A DNA stretch of 64,000 nt from Daphnia carinata. Lineage: Eukaryota. The notes beneath the pieces were generated by a model. The model made no database searches, had not been told where the DNA came from, and saw only the letters and a program-made list of their open reading frames with translations. The first letter of the stretch is position 1. The number at the start of each line of letters is the position of its first letter. The translations under genes and the position numbers were made by a program. Below, piece after piece: positions 62,191 to 64,000 of the stretch. The DNA lies in the NCBI RefSeq assembly GCF_022539665.2, contig NC_081331.1, forward strand, positions 4,650,001-4,714,000. The letters run 5' to 3'.

Positions 62191-64000
62191 TTTATATTAT
62201 TCATTATTATTATTTTATAATTTTTTTATTATTTTTATTATATTATATAATTATAAAAAATATAATTATATATTATATCTATTATAATTTTTATAATATT
62301 ATTTTAAAATATAATATTTTATATTAATATTATAACTAATATTATATATTATTATATAATATATTATAATATTATTATAACCTATCCCCGGCCCTGGAAG
62401 GGCCAAAGTTACTAGTTTGAACTAGAATATCGCTTTCTGTAAAGGCTTTCCGCCGATCCATGAATTTTTTTTTAACATTTCCATGTCTTGGTTATTAACG
62501 AATAGTGGTGGATTCGGCCACGAGATAGCGTTAAGACTTCTTTTGCTTCCAGATTCTTACACACGAAAACACCCGGAACTAGCGAACGCTAATTTGATTC
62601 AATACCCTCAAATGCAATCCAATTAAGGAGGATTAAGGTTCAGTGACGGCGGAACAATCCCCTTCTATTACATATTAAACGTCAAAACAGGTCTGCGTTT
62701 CAGTTTTGCAAGCGAAATGATTCAATTAACTCGCAATGCTGTGCATTAAGAAATTGCCTTTATCGTATCCATACATCATCATAGTAATAGCATGAGAAAA
62801 TCCCCTGTCATTCCAAATAGAATCCAATCAAAACTGATGTTTGTTTTTCTTTCACTTTAATTTCGTAACAAAAATTAAAGTTGAAAAACCCACGAAAGTT
62901 TTGATTACATGATAGTCAGCCAACCCTATTTTAGGGTAGTTTTATTTCGTCAGTGTCGTTGTTGAGTAGATGATATGTCAATAAATGTCGAGTGAGCGGG
63001 ATTGGAAAACCGGAAAGGCAACTACCGGCGCGCCCTATGTATGAAAAGTTCTGTGTGTCTGTGTGTTGATTTGTAATTGGATGGCGTGGGTTCTACATCA
63101 TCTACGGATACATCCGAAAGGTTCAATCAACACCACTTGCGTGATATATACAGTTTTGCTATTAGTTTTCTAGAGGCGCTGCTGCTGTTGCCACACTAAT
63201 GAAATCGGTTTGTCGTTTTTGCCATGAAAACGAGACTTTCCTTTTCTTCTGAGTTCCTAGGCTTGGATTGTTAATCATTCTGCCACTTTGCGCAATGTTA
63301 CGACCGAAGCTCATTGGCCAGTGTTTGCCTCTAGGGGTTGATTGAACGAATTAGAAACGAGTTGAGTGATCTTTGTAGAGGTCTTGCTCCAGCTGGCCGA
63401 ACATCTGTCACCCCGGACCTCATCTCATGAACTGCTCGTTAATCATCCACTCCGTGATTTTCCACCGGATCGATGGGTATGTGTCGCTGGGCCCAGCCGC
63501 CACCGCGCCCCGCCCGTGAAAAGGAGGAGAACCGGGCAACTTTATGGCCTATTATGATCGGATCCTTCGGAGCAAATTAACTCTGCTGCCGTGGCAGGCA
63601 AGGCTTAACGAGCGTGAGCACGGCCGTGTAACAACACTCTGTGTGTGCGCAACTCCAAGCAACTAATGAGATGGCGAGGTCGGCCAGAGAATTGTTATTG
63701 CGCGCTTCTCTCTCTTTGCCTGCGTGTGCGTGACGGGATAACTTTTTTGGCAGACGACGACGCAGAGCCATCTCTCGAGCGAAGCTTTCAACGGTTGAAA
63801 TCGATCCGGCGATGGAGTTGCGTGACGCGCAACGATGGATCGACTTCCGTTTCGTTTGAAAAACACGCACATGGATATAGCACCGTGTGTCGTACACGCT
63901 AGACAACCAATTATTATGCAACAGCAGGAGGAATAATCGCTTCGACTTGATCAAGTGGTTCTAGAAGGCCAACTTAATTTGATGTCGCATGAGTGATAAT

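Larger units (their letters stand above)
61800..62415 (+). mobile_element. Non-autonomous Helitron-like element, 3' end (5' boundary approximate)
   Basis: GC hairpin GGCCC-TGGAA-GGGCC (62390-62404) lies 7 nt before CTAG (62412-62415) followed by T, the Helitron 3' signature. It is preceded by a ~190 nt almost pure A/T tract. Confidence 0.5.

Noticed and set aside
62190..62380. Coding sequence (tail of ORF 62121-62327)
   Set aside because: Almost pure A/T low-complexity tract producing a spurious I/Y/N-rich translation.
63366..63954. Overlapping ORFs at the window end
   Set aside because: No recognisable domain or splice pattern; probably UTR or promoter sequence of a gene outside the window.

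Overview
Eukaryotic, AT-rich genomic DNA with many very short (50-80 nt) GT-AG introns. It is most likely a branchiopod crustacean such as Daphnia (inference from intron size and gene content). Supported genes are a 13-exon class B1 (secretin-family, PTH-receptor-like) GPCR (+, 1.3-6.5 kb), a LIM-homeobox gene of the Arrowhead/Lhx6-8 type (-, 33.6-41.1 kb) next to a ~19 kb gene-poor stretch, TBC1D13 (-) head-to-head with an alpha-1,3-fucosyltransferase (+), a small CCHC zinc-finger gene and a small orphan membrane protein. The most unusual object is a ~5 kb fold-back element at 8077-13111 with two nearly identical ~2.1 kb inverted arms. Each arm carries a spliced coiled-coil ORF and a dense hairpin cluster, and the spacer holds three tRNA-like A/B-box cassettes pointing outward into the arms. 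The element sits inside a tandem array of a ~686 bp hairpin-rich repeat. A second divergent tRNA-like pair lies inside a Helitron-like 3' end near 62 kb, and a 14-copy ~96 bp array at 54.6-56.0 kb shares a flanking segment with the fold-back arms. All exon models were read by eye and no database searches were run.
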